This document shows positions 9,654 through 19,394 of a DNA stretch of 64,000 nucleotides, piece after piece; within the stretch, counting starts at the first letter, position 1; each line of letters begins with the position of its first letter. The DNA is from Patescibacteria group bacterium. GTDB taxonomy: Bacteria > Patescibacteriota > Minisyncoccia > Phycocordibacterales > JBBTRF01. A program made the translations under genes and the position numbers. The stretch spans positions 300,776 to 364,775 of the forward strand of contig JBBTRF010000001.1 of the NCBI GenBank assembly GCA_038065315.1. Reading direction: 5' to 3'. The notes under the pieces are model-generated. The model had not been told where the DNA came from and did no database searches. It worked only from the letters and a program-made list of their open reading frames with translations.

Positions 9654-11063
9654 ATGAAACACAAAATCCTCGGCGCGCTCACGATCTTCTTCGGACTGAG
9701 CTTCGTCATCCTCGCTTCGATCAATCACTTCGGCGGGTTCAAAAACCTGCCCGAGTTCCACATGCCGGACATTAGCATTTGGGACAAGCTACCTAACTGG
9801 TCGCTTCCCGATTGGAGTTCGCTGATGTGGACACTGGTGGCCATTGCCACCACACTGTGGCTCGTCTTCCTCGTCTTCGGAGCCTACGGGTTAGCGAAAC
9901 GAGGTAAGTTCTTCAAGTTTGCCAGTGAAAATGAACTTTTCACCTTCATCAACGGTGATGACGCACCTGTGAGATTCGTCTCCGGCGTGCGCGGCGTGTT
10001 TGTTGTCCAGCACGGACCTGACATTGGCGTAGTGAAAGAAATTCCTCCCAAGTCACTCCCTGCTGGAGCCACTGTCACCGAACGGGAACAGTGGGCAAAA
10101 GACACCGCGGACTACGAACAACATTACGAAGCATACCTCAAGGGTAACGCCTGGTGGCCAATGCGAATGCTGGAGAAGTGGCTTTTGATGCCAATGTTCA
10201 ATGCTTGGTGGATCGGGATTTATCCCTTCTTCCAACTACGGAAATACCCTCTCGCCTACAACAAATTGGTGAAGGACCCCGGAACAGCATCGGGAGGCAT
10301 CGACTACCACCTAACGCCGAAGATCGGCGAGGCGAAGTCAGTGTTCTACATCAGCACGCTAGGCATTTCGTTCACCGATCTCGAAAGTGCGGGACCGGAG
10401 AATCAAGTGATTCCAACGAAGCTCGTGCTCCTCGTGACCTTTCAGGCACGAAACATCCACAAAATGCAATACCGAGTCGGGAGCAATACCTGGGTCGATA
10501 TGGCAACTGGAGCCATTAAGGATGTCGTCCGCGAGCGTGTAGCGATGCATACCTACTTCGAACTCTTGCGCAACAAGTATCATGATTGCACGCCAGCCAC
10601 GGTGGGAAAAACTCCTCGTGGAGAAATCATTGATGGGGTGAAGGATATCGTCAACAACGGTAATGCCCACAACCCGTCACTGACCACCTCCGTTGGCGTT
10701 GAAGTCACTGAAATTCGCGTCTTAGACGTTGATCTCGGCAGCGAGATTGGCGCCCAGAGGGAGACACTGACAGCAGCAATGATGGCTGGCACGATTGCGG
10801 ACGCGAATGGCAAGGCCGCCGTGATAACCGCGACACACAAAGCGGCTGCGGACCTCGCAGAAGGCCAGGCCAAGAATCAAGTGCTCAGAGATCGGCTCCA
10901 AGCCTATACGCAAAACCCTGCTGCTACAGCAGGACTCTTCGCTGATTCAGTTGCCTCAATCGGCACGCTGGCACTCGGAGATGAAGCGGCGAAGCGGCTA
11001 CTGGTGACTGTCCCTGCGACACCACCACGGCCAACACCGCCGCCCACCCCGGCTCGTCCATAA
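9654..11063 (+). CDS. Membrane protein with divergent SPFH/band-7-like domain
   Basis: Two N-terminal TM segments, VGVEVTEIRVLDVD, Ala-rich coiled-coil and Pro-rich tail. Confidence 0.55.
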   Translation: MKHKILGALTIFFGLSFVILASINHFGGFKNLPEFHMPDISIWDKLPNWSLPDWSSLMWTLVAIATTLWLVFLVFGAYGLAKRGKFFKFASENELFTFINGDDAPVRFVSGVRGVFVVQHGPDIGVVKEIPPKSLPAGATVTEREQWAKDTADYEQHYEAYLKGNAWWPMRMLEKWLLMPMFNAWWIGIYPFFQLRKYPLAYNKLVKDPGTASGGIDYHLTPKIGEAKSVFYISTLGISFTDLESAGPENQVIPTKLVLLVTFQARNIHKMQYRVGSNTWVDMATGAIKDVVRERVAMHTYFELLRNKYHDCTPATVGKTPRGEIIDGVKDIVNNGNAHNPSLTTSVGVEVTEIRVLDVDLGSEIGAQRETLTAAMMAGTIADANGKAAVITATHKAAADLAEGQAKNQVLRDRLQAYTQNPAATAGLFADSVASIGTLALGDEAAKRLLVTVPATPPRPTPPPTPARP

Positions 11064-11086
11064 CAACGAAAGAAACGGAGTAATCT

Positions 11087-11794
11087 ATGAGCTACCTCAT
11101 TGTAATACTGGCAATCATCGCCGGCGGCATTGCCGTCTGGAAGACCATCGGGTGGGCAAATCCGAGTGGTGCCTCTACAGCCACTAACCCACCAACCACC
11201 GGAGCAAATCCTGCGACCGGCGGCACAGCAGGCGCTCCCGCTACACCCACCGCCGCCGACATCAGGGCCGCAGCAGAAGCAGCCATCAGGCAACGGGTGG
11301 AGCTACGAAAGATCCAACTCAAGACCGCCGGCCTAGTCTGGAAGTGGGTCTGGAGTATCGGACTCCTCGCAAGCCTCGGCTTCGGCATCTGGGCCATCTG
11401 GATCCGTCCGCAAGCGAATGGCCTCACACCCTCGCAAGAGTTCGTGGCCAGCTCCGGAGCATCGGTAACGCCGCCCAAGGTCTCATACACCTTCGCGGCA
11501 TACAAGTCGGGCTCGAACGAAGAAATTCGTTGCCGAGCCTGGGTGCTCAACGAAGTGCGCGGCGACCACCCACACATGTGGTTCAGCGTCGAGCGCTTCA
11601 TGCAAGGCCGGCCTGTCGTCGTCCTCTACAAGTGGGACGGCCGAAAGAAAGCCGGCACTTGGGAGGACGAAGGCGATCGCACCCGCGGCGAGTTCACGGG
11701 CGACATCGACCCACGAGATCCGAACCGGTTCGCCGGGGAGATCTTTGCGGAAGGCACCACCTTCCGCTACTTCCTTCAACGGAAGATCGAATAG
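11087..11794 (+). CDS. Hypothetical membrane protein
   Basis: GGAG RBS, two TM segments, Thr/Ala/Pro linker, beta-rich C-terminus; terminator at about 11829-11867. Confidence 0.6.
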   Translation: MSYLIVILAIIAGGIAVWKTIGWANPSGASTATNPPTTGANPATGGTAGAPATPTAADIRAAAEAAIRQRVELRKIQLKTAGLVWKWVWSIGLLASLGFGIWAIWIRPQANGLTPSQEFVASSGASVTPPKVSYTFAAYKSGSNEEIRCRAWVLNEVRGDHPHMWFSVERFMQGRPVVVLYKWDGRKKAGTWEDEGDRTRGEFTGDIDPRDPNRFAGEIFAEGTTFRYFLQRKIE

Positions 11795-11904
11795 TAGTGG
11801 TTGAGGCTCTACAGCCCCACCCCAACGCAAAGAGCGCGACACCCGGTTGGTGTTGCGCTCTTTTTTCTTTGCCTTTATATTTTTTGCGGGATGGCCCGCA
11901 CTAC

Positions 11905-12162
11905 CTAGAACACTGAGACTCCGACCGTGGCGCCAATGAGACTCACAATGGCCTTGGCCGTCACCATGATCGCGAGACCGACAACCCCCCACGTCATGTG
12001 CCTCACCCCGAGTGCTCGCGCATCTTCATTGTCAGCGCCTCTCACGTATTGGAACACGCCCCAGAGGAAGACAAGGAAGGCGACGGCGTATGCCAGCTTC
12101 AGCACCGGATTGACCACTGCTTCTGCGAGCTTTGAAATCAATGAGTCGGTGGCGCTGGACAC
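11905..12162 (-). CDS. VirB2/TrbC-like pilin
   Basis: Two TM helices around FLWGVFQYVRGADNEDARALG..WGVVGL. Confidence 0.75.
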   Translation of the reverse strand: MSSATDSLISKLAEAVVNPVLKLAYAVAFLVFLWGVFQYVRGADNEDARALGVRHMTWGVVGLAIMVTAKAIVSLIGATVGVSVF

Positions 12163-12183
12163 GGGATATATACAGTGACTGAA

Positions 12184-12564
12184 TTACTGGAGAGTGTCTA
12201 AGGTTGGTGCTGTCAGACCCTGTTCTTCTAAGTTAAACGTCTTTTTTAACAAAGTCACGAGTCCGTACACAGAGACCATCACGAAGATTCCGACAATACC
12301 GTACAAGATAGTGCTCTTCGCCTTTTCTTTCTTCTCCTCGTCGTCACCCATGATCACATACTGGAGTACCCCATAGAGGAAATACACAACGGCACAAGCA
12401 ATAAGAAAGGGTACTGCATAGTCTAGGAATGAACGGAATAATTGCGCAATGCCACCAAGACCTTGGGTTGTATTTTCAAAGTCGGTACTCACTGCCGCAA
12501 ACACCGAAATCGGAGCCATGAGAGCAGCCGCTGCTGCTGACATTCCGTAAAAAAGCTTTTTCAT
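12184..12564 (-). CDS. VirB2/TrbC-like pilin with signal peptide
   Basis: MKKLFYG.. signal; YGVLQYVIMGDDEEKKEKAKSTILYGIVG. Confidence 0.8.
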   Translation of the reverse strand: MKKLFYGMSAAAAALMAPISVFAAVSTDFENTTQGLGGIAQLFRSFLDYAVPFLIACAVVYFLYGVLQYVIMGDDEEKKEKAKSTILYGIVGIFVMVSVYGLVTLLKKTFNLEEQGLTAPTLDTLQ

Positions 12565-12701
12565 ACGTAAAATTGAATAAACTGCTGATAATAAAGTAAT
12601 ACACTTCTTAAAGGCAAAGATATTACCTCCCGACATTATACCAGCCCCTAGAATGGCGACAAACCAAGGGTGTGGACAGGCAGACCGGAGCGCCGCGGCG
12701 G

Positions 12702-12965
12702 CTAGAACCCAACAAAAAAGGTATTGATCACCAAGCGCACCAATCCCCACACGGAAAACATCACGGCCAAGCCGATGATGCCGTAGATCATCATATCCCT
12801 GCCCTCTTTCACTTTGTCCTCACTGGCACCGGCCAAAATATACTTCTGTACACCATAGAGAAAGGCGACAATCGCGGTAGCAAACAATAGGGGTGCCAAA
12901 GTACCGCCAATAATGTCGTACAAGACATCGATGAAGTCTTTGAAATCGGTGACGCCGTTGAGCAT
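12702..12965 (-). CDS. VirB2/TrbC-like pilin
   Basis: YGVQKYILAGASEDKVKEGRDMMIYGIIGLAV. Confidence 0.8.
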   Translation of the reverse strand: MLNGVTDFKDFIDVLYDIIGGTLAPLLFATAIVAFLYGVQKYILAGASEDKVKEGRDMMIYGIIGLAVMFSVWGLVRLVINTFFVGF

Positions 12966-12970
12966 GAATG

Positions 12971-13369
12971 TTAGATATTACTGACGCTCTTCACTGTATT
13001 CTCAATAATCCTCGCGATGATCTCCGCACTAAGCAGCACAGCAGTACCCACCGCCGCCCACTTGAGGGTGCCGTGCGCCTTGCCCACCTTTTCCTCATCA
13101 CCCTGCGCGGTCACATACAAAAAGCCGCCGTAGATGAAGTAGAGCACTGCGATGATGGCGCCGAGGCGACTCACCAGCTTTAGGATATCGGCAAGGAGAT
13201 CTTCGATAGAGTTTGCCTTGAGCGGATTGGAGAAACTGAGAGCTTCGTTTGTGACCGACGCATGGACCAATGGTACAGCAACAGTGAGAAGTACTCCGGC
13301 CACCAAACAATGCGCCATGAGTTTCTTGAAGATAGGTTTGAACTGCCTCGTGTGTGAGAAGTATTTCAT
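12971..13369 (-). CDS. VirB2/TrbC-like pilin
   Basis: NPLKANSI..IYGGFLYVTAQGDEEKVGKAHGTLKWAAVG. Confidence 0.85.
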   Translation of the reverse strand: MKYFSHTRQFKPIFKKLMAHCLVAGVLLTVAVPLVHASVTNEALSFSNPLKANSIEDLLADILKLVSRLGAIIAVLYFIYGGFLYVTAQGDEEKVGKAHGTLKWAAVGTAVLLSAEIIARIIENTVKSVSNI

Positions 13370-13373
13370 GTCT

Positions 13374-13859
13374 CTATTTTATCTCAATTGTGTTCCCTTT
13401 CAAAATCGGGTAGCTCACCTGATTCAATAAGGCTTGCAATAAAGTCGTAACAATCAGCCACGCCGCCAAGATAATACAGAAGCCGATAGCGACGTTGGTA
13501 AAGATTGTATGCGCCTGCCCGACCTTCCCCTCATCGCCAGCGGAAGTCATATAGAGGTAGCCCGCATAGGAGAGGAGCAGGATAACGGCGGGGACGGAGA
13601 GGTAGAAGGCAAAATTGACCACATTCTTGGCGAGCAACACCACATCAGCGAAGGTACATTCGTGCGCCGCGGCGGTATTGTCGGGGTTATCAAAGTCACC
13701 ACAGACGATGAGGTTTGGCTTCTGAAGCCCGAAGAAACCGTTACTAGCTGCTGCGACAGGTGCCGGAATAAGGATGGCAGAGAACGACAGAAAGAGGAGC
13801 GCGGACAGCAAGCTCGAGAGGACGACTGAAGCGGCGATTTTTCTAAAAAAAGGGTGCAT
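13374..13859 (-). CDS. VirB2/TrbC-like pilin with Cys pair
   Basis: LIVCG..ECTFAD; YAGYLYMTSAGDEGKVGQAH..NVAIG. Confidence 0.85.
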   Translation of the reverse strand: MHPFFRKIAASVVLSSLLSALLFLSFSAILIPAPVAAASNGFFGLQKPNLIVCGDFDNPDNTAAAHECTFADVVLLAKNVVNFAFYLSVPAVILLLSYAGYLYMTSAGDEGKVGQAHTIFTNVAIGFCIILAAWLIVTTLLQALLNQVSYPILKGNTIEIK

Positions 13860-13863
13860 GTGT

Positions 13864-15162
13864 TTATCGTAGCAAAGCCTGGAGCTCTTGGGAGGCCGCG
13901 CTCACGGCCTCGCTTGGGCGATATTTGCCGGAAGTGACACTTTCGATCATGCGCTTGAAGATCGCACCAGTAGCGACTGGTTCAGGATCGATCCAGCTGC
14001 GAGCGATGAGAGAGGATCGGTACGATACGGCGAGAGCAGGGTCGGCCGGCGCCGTCGCGAGCAAGTCCCGACGCGACGGCGCGAACCCTGTCTGCTGAGC
14101 AAACGTACTGACAAATGTCTGATCAGCCAAGATAGAGAGCACCTGGAAAGCACCGACCGGATCCTTTCCCGCCTTCATCAAGGCCAAGCCATAGAGCTTG
14201 CCGTACACCATCGGCACCTTCACGTCGCGCGGTTGTGGCAAAGCGGTGATATCAAAATTGAGATTTGGATTCTTGCGAAGCAACGTCTCATTCTCGCTAG
14301 CGAAGGCAAAGTAGGTGGCAAGATTGCCGGCCAAAAAGAAGTTCTGCGCGTCACCGATGGCCCGATTCCATGTAAATGTCGTTTTCGAAGGGTTAGAAAA
14401 TTGCGTGTAGAAAGCCACTACAGAGACTGCTGGAATATCGGAGACTCCTTTAGGGCGATCAGACAACGTGCTAGAGAATGCACCATTCTGGTCAATCTTT
14501 GTAATAGGGGTTCCGGCCTGCAACAGCAGTGCTGAGAGGGTGTCTTTCGCATTCGAAATGTTTACCACCTCGCCAAACGGCACAGCGCTTTGGGTAATAT
14601 TGCCCGCCGCGTCTTTTTTGGTGAGCTGAGGTGCTAATGTGAGAAATTCATCCCAATGCTTTGGCGGATTGGCTAAACCAGCAGTGTTGAAGATGTCTTT
14701 GTTCCAATACATCACGAGCGGATCGCTCACGAAAGGCAGCGCCCAGACGCCGCCGGACATCTCATACAGGCGAGCCTGGTCACTAAAGGTATCTCGGAAG
14801 GTGCGGAGCGGCAGGCTCGCCTCCGGGATAGGCAAGATACGCCCCTGCTGGCGAAACAAGCTGGTGTGTGGAAGTAGCACCGCATCCGGACCGACCCCAG
14901 AAGCCAGAGCCTCGGTGAGTTCGCGATCAAAATCTTTCTCCTTCTTTTCGACATAATTGATAGCAAGCCGCTGTGGCAACACTTGATTTACCGTAGAAAC
15001 CACCTGAGCAAAATCACCTGCCGGCAAAGTACCCCACAAAGTGATCGCCATCAAGCCTTTGCTTGAAGAACCTTTAAATGTCGCAAACACCACCAAGGCC
15101 ACGAGCACCGCTCCGGCAAATATGCCGGTGAGGACGATCTGAAACGTGGTCATATTTTTCAT
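13864..15162 (-). CDS. Extracellular solute-binding protein (sugar-binding family 1-like)
   Basis: N-terminal anchor, ALASGVGPD, ALPFVSDPLVMYWNKDIF, PPKHWDEF. Confidence 0.85.
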   Translation of the reverse strand: MKNMTTFQIVLTGIFAGAVLVALVVFATFKGSSSKGLMAITLWGTLPAGDFAQVVSTVNQVLPQRLAINYVEKKEKDFDRELTEALASGVGPDAVLLPHTSLFRQQGRILPIPEASLPLRTFRDTFSDQARLYEMSGGVWALPFVSDPLVMYWNKDIFNTAGLANPPKHWDEFLTLAPQLTKKDAAGNITQSAVPFGEVVNISNAKDTLSALLLQAGTPITKIDQNGAFSSTLSDRPKGVSDIPAVSVVAFYTQFSNPSKTTFTWNRAIGDAQNFFLAGNLATYFAFASENETLLRKNPNLNFDITALPQPRDVKVPMVYGKLYGLALMKAGKDPVGAFQVLSILADQTFVSTFAQQTGFAPSRRDLLATAPADPALAVSYRSSLIARSWIDPEPVATGAIFKRMIESVTSGKYRPSEAVSAASQELQALLR

Positions 15163-15686
15163 ATTTTTGTGAAGATAAGCCCGTAATGATGATCCCCTGC
15201 CGAAATGCCGCGCACATGCTGAAAGCCATTTTGCACAAAAAGCTCTTTTGTCTTCGTCTCACTCACCACTTCCTGCACCGCCGGACCAATGCCGCCAAAA
15301 GATTCTTTCCAATCCACCACCGCGACCTTTCCACCTTTTTTCACAATCCGTCGCACCTCCGCGACCAGCCCAACCTTGTCGGCCGCTTGAAACAGCACGT
15401 TCGCCACAATCACGAAATCCACAAGTTCATCGCCAATATGGGTGCCGCCACGCTGCTCGATGTTACCCCAAAGATATTCGACATTCTTCAGGCCGGCATG
15501 TTCAGCATTGGCCTTGATCTTCGCGACTAAATCGCGCTGCACCTCCACCGCATACACCCGACCCTTCTCGCCCACTGCCTGTGCCGCTGGGATCGCATAC
15601 GCCCCGACGCCCGCTCCCAAATCCGCCACCTTCATTCCAGGCATCAACCCCAGCTGATCAGTATTTTTGTGCGGGTGGGAGAACAT
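15159..15686 (-). CDS. Class I SAM-dependent methyltransferase
   Basis: KVADLGAGVG motif I, VYAVEVQ, KKGGKVAVVDW. Confidence 0.88.
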   Translation of the reverse strand: MFSHPHKNTDQLGLMPGMKVADLGAGVGAYAIPAAQAVGEKGRVYAVEVQRDLVAKIKANAEHAGLKNVEYLWGNIEQRGGTHIGDELVDFVIVANVLFQAADKVGLVAEVRRIVKKGGKVAVVDWKESFGGIGPAVQEVVSETKTKELFVQNGFQHVRGISAGDHHYGLIFTKI

Positions 15687-15710
15687 TGTTGGCTGTGGCC
15701 AGCGAATTAA

Positions 15711-17906
15711 CTACTGCTTCACACAAATGAAACTTCTTTCCAGTGCATCTACCACAACTTTTCTGGCACCGGTACATGTGCCATTGTTTAACACGGTCCT
15801 CCTTTGTGAGTCATTTGATTCAGCGGGGCCATTAAAGTTTGCACCTGTAGGATCCACTGCACACCCCCACGAGTCGGTAGCAAGAGAGACGGTATTAAAT
15901 TGGGTCATGGTTCCCTTGCGTGTCGCCGAACCACAGATAGTGCCCGCGGCCGCTGCGGGTGCAGCGGCGGTAACATTGTTCACTCCAGCAAATTTGAAGC
16001 CAGTTTGCTGACTTAAGTTCCTATCCCGACACCCATTTATCGCGTTGGTATACGACTGAGACAAACCGACTACATCATTGATCCAGGCTCCAGTGGTAGG
16101 ATGAAAATACACAGTGAGATGCGGACCGGCATCAGAATCGCTTGAGTAAATTCTTCTTCCTGGAGTTCCCCAAGAAACAGTGTTCACTCCTTGCGCATAC
16201 ATGATCACTTTTGAAGTATCTGATGCTGACTGACACAAGATCGCATCCGGCACATCGCCCATCATGCCCTGGCCCGGGCTCATTCCTACTGTCACCGCAC
16301 CCGTCCCACTCGCTGGAGATATCGTCACCCCAGTGCCCGCAATAATCTGGGACACTCCCGCTGAGGCAGTAACAGTGTTCACCCCAGCAGAAGAGCCCAC
16401 AAAAACATTATACGTCCCGGCCGGAACAGCACAAGCGGTTCCGTCATACGCATTACTAAATCTAACCTTTACCATATTAGGACTAACCACAGAAGCATCG
16501 ATCGAAGCGCAAGGAAGTGGGGCGGTGATAGGAGTGTAATTATTATAATAATTATTAGGCAGACTCACGCTTACAGAATCGCCGACACTTGCCCCAGTAA
16601 CGGTTATCGAGTCGGAAACATACGCACCTGTAGGTGCCACGTTGCGACTGGATGCGAGAGTTAGAACACCCTTCAATACTGATCCGCCACCCGATGTTGT
16701 ACTGCCTCCTCCGCACAATTTCCATGCAGTTGAACTAAGTGTCGGACTGTTTGTAGCTCCATTTACCACCTTGTAGTAATAGCCCGGTGGCACAAGGAAG
16801 GTGATCGAATTTCTATTGGTAGAAGTAAAAATCTCTTGAGAGACGAGAGTCGATGCACTAGAGACGCCGATATAACCAGCTAAGGCATTCTGACCGCTAA
16901 ATGACGTCTCGCTTGCGGTGGCAACCACTATCAGCTGAGTGCCGCTGGTGTTCTGGTAAGTGGTCCCACTCAGCATACTTGGACCACTCTGGTTAGTTGC
17001 CTGAAAAGGATTCGCGTCACAAGAACCGACAACCGCAGGACTTGAGGTGGTACCACCACTCACCCCTCCGAGAACATACACAAAGGTGTCGACAGGTCGC
17101 GTGGTGTTGCCGTATCCAGGGAAAGACGTGAACAAGCCGCCCTGAATCTTCACCGTGTGACTTCCAGCAGCAAGACTCACTCGGCTCGAGAGATTTACCG
17201 TACCGCAGTCTGCACCATTTGATTCACCTCGGAAAGCTTTCTTGTCCTTCTCGACACCATCAACGCGCATGTACACATTGAAAATGATGGCGCCGCAGAC
17301 GTTCACTGACGAAGTGATCACCACATCGGTCGGCCCGGCGAGGGTGAATGTGCTCTCCACGTAATTTGCACTATTATTTCCAAAATCTTGCGCGCTGTAG
17401 GCGAGTGGGCCGAGAATCGCGGTGTTTGCAGGAGTTCCAGAAGGGGTAGACGGCGCAGCTGGCAATGTCTGCCAGCTTGCGAGACCACTCGCATTCGAAG
17501 TGAGCACCTTACCAGCGCCTTGTGTGCCGTCGGCGAGAGTGAGACCTAAAGAACCGAAGGTGAGGAGTTTCATCGGTGAGCCGGCGACGAAGGTGACGGC
17601 TTTCGACACAAGGAGAGTGTCAGTCGAAAGCATCGTGGTACTTGCCAAGCCGAGCACATCAAACGTGCTCGTTATTGGACTCGGTGGACTCGGCAACACA
17701 GCCGTGGTCCCGAGAAATAACGGCCCAAACTTTCGCTGCATCAATGAGCTGATATTTATTGGAGCAGACGCATTGTTTGCCGGAGGGTTGGCTGGCGCCG
17801 GTGTCCAAGACGACTGAGCCGAGAGGCTAGTGACGCCGAATCCTACAACCAGCATCAGAATCGCGACTTTGGCGACGCCAAGGAGAGAAGCGAGAATATG
17901 TTTCAT
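15711..17906 (-). CDS. Large secreted Ser/Thr/Gly-rich surface or adhesin-like protein
   Basis: Signal peptide, WTPAPANPPANNASAPIN motif, QGAGKVLTSNASGLASW and VSQIIAGTGVTISP fibre-like motifs, Cys-containing C-terminal modules. Confidence 0.7.
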   Translation of the reverse strand: MKHILASLLGVAKVAILMLVVGFGVTSLSAQSSWTPAPANPPANNASAPINISSLMQRKFGPLFLGTTAVLPSPPSPITSTFDVLGLASTTMLSTDTLLVSKAVTFVAGSPMKLLTFGSLGLTLADGTQGAGKVLTSNASGLASWQTLPAAPSTPSGTPANTAILGPLAYSAQDFGNNSANYVESTFTLAGPTDVVITSSVNVCGAIIFNVYMRVDGVEKDKKAFRGESNGADCGTVNLSSRVSLAAGSHTVKIQGGLFTSFPGYGNTTRPVDTFVYVLGGVSGGTTSSPAVVGSCDANPFQATNQSGPSMLSGTTYQNTSGTQLIVVATASETSFSGQNALAGYIGVSSASTLVSQEIFTSTNRNSITFLVPPGYYYKVVNGATNSPTLSSTAWKLCGGGSTTSGGGSVLKGVLTLASSRNVAPTGAYVSDSITVTGASVGDSVSVSLPNNYYNNYTPITAPLPCASIDASVVSPNMVKVRFSNAYDGTACAVPAGTYNVFVGSSAGVNTVTASAGVSQIIAGTGVTISPASGTGAVTVGMSPGQGMMGDVPDAILCQSASDTSKVIMYAQGVNTVSWGTPGRRIYSSDSDAGPHLTVYFHPTTGAWINDVVGLSQSYTNAINGCRDRNLSQQTGFKFAGVNNVTAAAPAAAAGTICGSATRKGTMTQFNTVSLATDSWGCAVDPTGANFNGPAESNDSQRRTVLNNGTCTGARKVVVDALERSFICVKQ

Positions 17907-18127
17907 AATGAAAATAAATGCAACGGATAATAGTACCCATTTAGTATACCACTGTTCATCTGAACCAAAATCACTTTCTGGGGATTGTAAAGTCCTTGGC
18001 ATTAGCCATTTTAAGCACGTGTGGATAACTATTGACTTTTTGCGCTTTTAGAGGTAATATCAAAAACAGCTTTGACAACTCACTGCAGTGCAGCTCAACC
18101 ACAACCCCCTGCCCATGGATTTGACTT

Positions 18128-19279
18128 ATGAATGCCCTACTCAATCGGGCGCTGGTCGCCCTTGTTAGCACCCTCGCCTGCCTGACCTTGTGGTCCACGG
18201 CAGACGTTCGAGCGGCTGACGTGCTTCCAAGCACGCTCAGCCAGATTCGCACCGCGCAATTTGCGGGTGTCAACACGATCGAGGCCCTCCTCTATCGCTG
18301 GCCCCACGACTACTACGCTGTCGAGATCGTGCAACCCATCGCGCGCACCAACGTGTCCGTCTCCGGCCTCACGCCGGAAGCGTTCACCAACAAGCTTCGC
18401 GAGGTTGCGTTCCAGATGGCCTGTTTGGCAACAAACTACCCTCTGGCGAATAGCGATGGAACGAATTCAAGGTTTCTGCTGAAGACCACCGCCAAAGAGG
18501 CCGACATCCCGAGCGTCTTCGCCAGTGAAAGTCCGGATATCCCCGCGACAACACTGGAAATGGCGCAGGTCAATGTCGTCTTCCCCTTGGTCACCAATGG
18601 GGTTGGCGGCTTCCGACTTCCGGCTGACGCAACAGCGGAGACCATCCCGATCAATGTCGCTGGATACGTCTTCCTGCCGTTTCCCAACCTGAGGTATTTC
18701 GACGGCCCACCGCCGGCAACACCCTGGTATACCTGGTATCTTCTCGGATTCTCCGATCGACCGACGTGTGCTCGAGTTTTTACGAGCAACCCGGACGGCA
18801 GCACGAGCGAAGTGCTAAGCAAGACGTGGGGGAATTCGACCATCAACTATCTGGAGGAGGATCCGGCGCACTACGCCGATTACTTCGACACGGATGGGTT
18901 CAGACTCCTCCGCCTCTCCGGCATTGCCCGCATCGGTATCCACCTCTCGCTGCTCACCAACGGGACTCCGACGGTTCTTGCTCTAGAAGCAGCCGACGGC
19001 ACGTTTCCAAAGTATTGGCTCCCGACCGGACAACCGATCGGCGCGCCGGTGCTCACCAGCATTAGCCTGGTGAACGGCGCGCCGAAAGTAAGCTTCGTGG
19101 GCATCCCGGGTCGGCAAGTGGTGCTCGAGAGCGCGACGTCTCTCAGAACGGATGCTGTGTGGACCGTGAGCGCGACCTTTTCGCTCCCGGACCAACACGG
19201 CATGACCAATCACGCCTGCCCTACAAACATTGGGCCAGGTATGGGACCGCTTCGCTTCCTCCGCTTGCGTGAGCAATGA
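18128..19279 (+). CDS. Secreted hypothetical protein with Verrucomicrobia-like C-terminal domain
   Basis: Signal peptide, own promoter (TTGACT..TAATAT at about 18032-18060) and terminator (about 19321-19355); ends ..VLESATSL..W..GPLRFLRLREQ. Confidence 0.65.
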   Translation: MNALLNRALVALVSTLACLTLWSTADVRAADVLPSTLSQIRTAQFAGVNTIEALLYRWPHDYYAVEIVQPIARTNVSVSGLTPEAFTNKLREVAFQMACLATNYPLANSDGTNSRFLLKTTAKEADIPSVFASESPDIPATTLEMAQVNVVFPLVTNGVGGFRLPADATAETIPINVAGYVFLPFPNLRYFDGPPPATPWYTWYLLGFSDRPTCARVFTSNPDGSTSEVLSKTWGNSTINYLEEDPAHYADYFDTDGFRLLRLSGIARIGIHLSLLTNGTPTVLALEAADGTFPKYWLPTGQPIGAPVLTSISLVNGAPKVSFVGIPGRQVVLESATSLRTDAVWTVSATFSLPDQHGMTNHACPTNIGPGMGPLRFLRLREQ

Positions 19280-19394
19280 GGATCCAAACGCATCCCACTG
19301 CAGTCAGTTTCGAAAACGCAAGACGCCGCCCGGAGCAATCCAGGCGGCGTTTTTTCTTGCCTTATTTTCTAAAAATCGCGAGAATCACCACACC

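Noticed and set aside
18020-18028. DnaA box TGTGGATAA suggesting oriC
   Set aside because: Single box beside a promoter; no cluster, unwinding element or dnaA nearby.
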